A DNA stretch of 63,103 nt, the filler included, from Rhabdomonas costata (Eukaryota), in NCBI GenBank assembly GCA_019059605.1. It is 39 parts of 39 records of this genome, joined end to end, with 100 filler letters (N's around TTAATTAATTAA, not from the genome) between each part and the next. Parts side by side here need not be neighbours in the genome. Positions count along the whole stretch, not along the records: positions 59,966 to 61,484 come from JAHMHO010013977.1; positions 61,585 to 63,103 come from JAHMHO010013978.1; 37 more parts are not named here. One strand, written 5' to 3'. The notes under the pieces are model-generated. The model was not told the origin of the DNA. It made no database searches and saw nothing but the letters and a program-made list of their open reading frames with translations. Within the stretch, counting starts at the first letter, position 1. Each line of letters starts with the position of its first letter. Below are positions 61,001 to 63,103 of the stretch, piece by piece. Both the position numbers and the translations under genes were made by a program.

Positions 61001-63103
61001 AAAAATATCCTTTCGGACGTAAAGGATGCAACTGAAATCCAACTTTCGTCTCATATATTCGTCATATATATGAGGCAGGCGTGACCGCGGGGGTGGGAGT
61101 GGAACGTTTTTTCTCAGGTTTTTGGACTCCGCTCACCTTGTTGGTGAAGTGCTGTGTTGTTCTCATGCAAAACTGTTGCACACATTTCCCGCGCCCTGTG
61201 TGGTGCCTCGGCGAATAATTTTGGTTCATGGTGTTGCCTTTCTAGCGTTTGCAATGCTGCAACAGTAGTGATGTCTTGAGCTCGAACCACCATGAATTAG
61301 AGCACCACCTAGGACGATACAATACTCCCTAGACGCAATAGGTTCTGAGCCAAGCCAGTCAGCTCGGTCACATACCCAGACAAATATTTCCCAAAAAACG
61401 TAAAAGAAAAATACCAACCTTGCATTAGTTCCTCCTCATCCAGCGCATTATGAGCTCACCCCCCCCCACCAAACCACCCAACACNNNNNNNNNNNNNNNN
61501 NNNNNNNNNNNNNNNNNNNNNNNNNNNNTTAATTAATTAANNNNNNNNNNNNNNNNNNNNNNNNNNNNNNNNNNNNNNNNNNNNGGGTGGGGTGATTAAG
61601 GATGAACTTCACGCTGTGAACTTCTGCCTACTTGATTCTTTGAGACGCTGCTTAGACCTTTTGGAGTATCTCAGCGCAATATAGGTGTATACTCAATAAA
61701 CTAGTTATCAAACAACATAAGTGGGTCAACACGTGTGTACTGAAGTGATTCCACAATTTCTGCACTAGTTTGTATGATTCGTATAGTCTGTAACTGCTCT
61801 GGCAGTCTGTGAAGCTGGAAGTACATGTCTCCATTTCTCAGGCAATACCTGAGAGGTTGATCTCCTGCTGGAACGTTTCGCATCGCGTGAGTGTGTTGGA
61901 TAGCCTCTATCTTGCACCTGCAGAAACTGGAAGATTGGTAAAAACTAGAATTTAGCCCAATGGCAAAATGCATCAACTCGAAGTCAACACGCCTGAAGCG
62001 GATACAAAATGCTTGCCAACAATAATCTCATCCGAAGACTGAAGTAGTTCAAAGACGAGATTTTTGATAGGATCTTTACATGTGCAAATCAAAGCTTTTG
62101 AATTCGTTCCAACAGAGCATTCGAACCTGTCAGAAAAAATCATCGAGTATTAGCATCTTCACCACAACAACTGGTGCCCCGATGAGGTTGTACAACATGA
62201 CGAACACTCAGACATAAGACAACAGACCAAACCACTACAATCTGCCAGCTCTCGACCAGATTGTGACCCAAACCTCCTGAAAAACCTGGGCGCATTTTTG
62301 GGGCTCTTGGAAACCAAGCCTTGACAGGACAGAAACATCAGTATGCCAACCTCTTTGAAAATTCAAAGCCTAACCTCAACTGCAACCCTCTGGATCTTAA
62401 TAAGATGACACAAAAACTGACGTGACTCGATATTCTCCTTGGCAACCTATTATTCCTCGATATTTTGCACCAATCACAAATGTTTGGAGAAAATGAGCTG
62501 AATGCTGAACATAGATACCTGACTCACTTCAACTATTTATTTTTATCCACATCACCCGGAACCAGTTAATAATTTTTAGATAGCCCTAGCACCAGCACAT
62601 TTTGTCTGCTGCAATAAGGACATTGAAAATCAACTGCAATGCATCGACCACCATCAAACCTACTTGTACATGGCAAGTATAACTCCTGAGCTTCCTGAGC
62701 CTCCAAGTATAACTACTGAGCTTTCACTAGAATCTAATAAATTTTTGGAAGCGTGTACTTTCATTGAAAGTAATTTGTGGCGCGGTAGCAATGACTTTTC
62801 AACGGGTTTTGTTCTTATTGTCAAGAAACATAACCATCGCTCCGAAGAAATTTTTTTGTGGTCATATTCTACCGAGTTCCATACCTCGATATGGTCAATG
62901 TGAGACATGTACAACCTGTGTGCATGCGGATTTGCACTGAATTCAATGAAAGTTATGTCTTATATTGATATTAATTGGTAATTACTGCTGGAAGCTTGTC
63001 TTAAAAGACGCCTAGTTAGTCTAGTGATTCATATGGCACAGGTGCTGTGGAAACAGGCGGCACACACCCCCAGTGATAGACTATGTAGTGGAACGTTAGC
63101 TTC

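Overview
This window is not one locus. It is an artificial concatenation of 39 unrelated ~1.52 kb contigs joined by ~100-nt spacers (about 44 N + TTAATTAATTAA + about 44 N), so nothing can be inferred from adjacency across spacers. The DNA is from an intron-rich eukaryote: short GC-rich exons with GT-AG (and probably GC-AG) introns, microsatellites and many decayed transposons. A euglenozoan, probably a euglenid, is my inference from calreticulin and kinase sequence style; it is not proven. Many contig ends carry G/T-only (5') or A/C-only (3') runs, and three end in fold-back palindromes, which points to whole-genome-amplified material. Recognisable gene fragments: calreticulin, a MAP2K/STE7 kinase, an Lsi2/ArsB-type transporter, a histidine kinase ATPase exon, a divergent dynein heavy chain, midasin, a CEP104-like exon, ankyrin repeats, a bacterial-type PEBP, a histidine phosphatase, a SAP-domain protein and an Ig/cadherin-like surface protein. 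Mobile-element relics: Ty3/gypsy gag-protease, CRE-like and other non-LTR fragments, Tc1/mariner, Penelope-like (Naiad/Chlamys-type) RT and GIY-YIG endonuclease, and a transposon-type N6-adenine DNA methyltransferase. The last two are the most interesting leads. I found no intact novel multi-gene system, no CRISPR array and no rRNA or tRNA. All family calls are by-eye motif recognition; no database searches were run.
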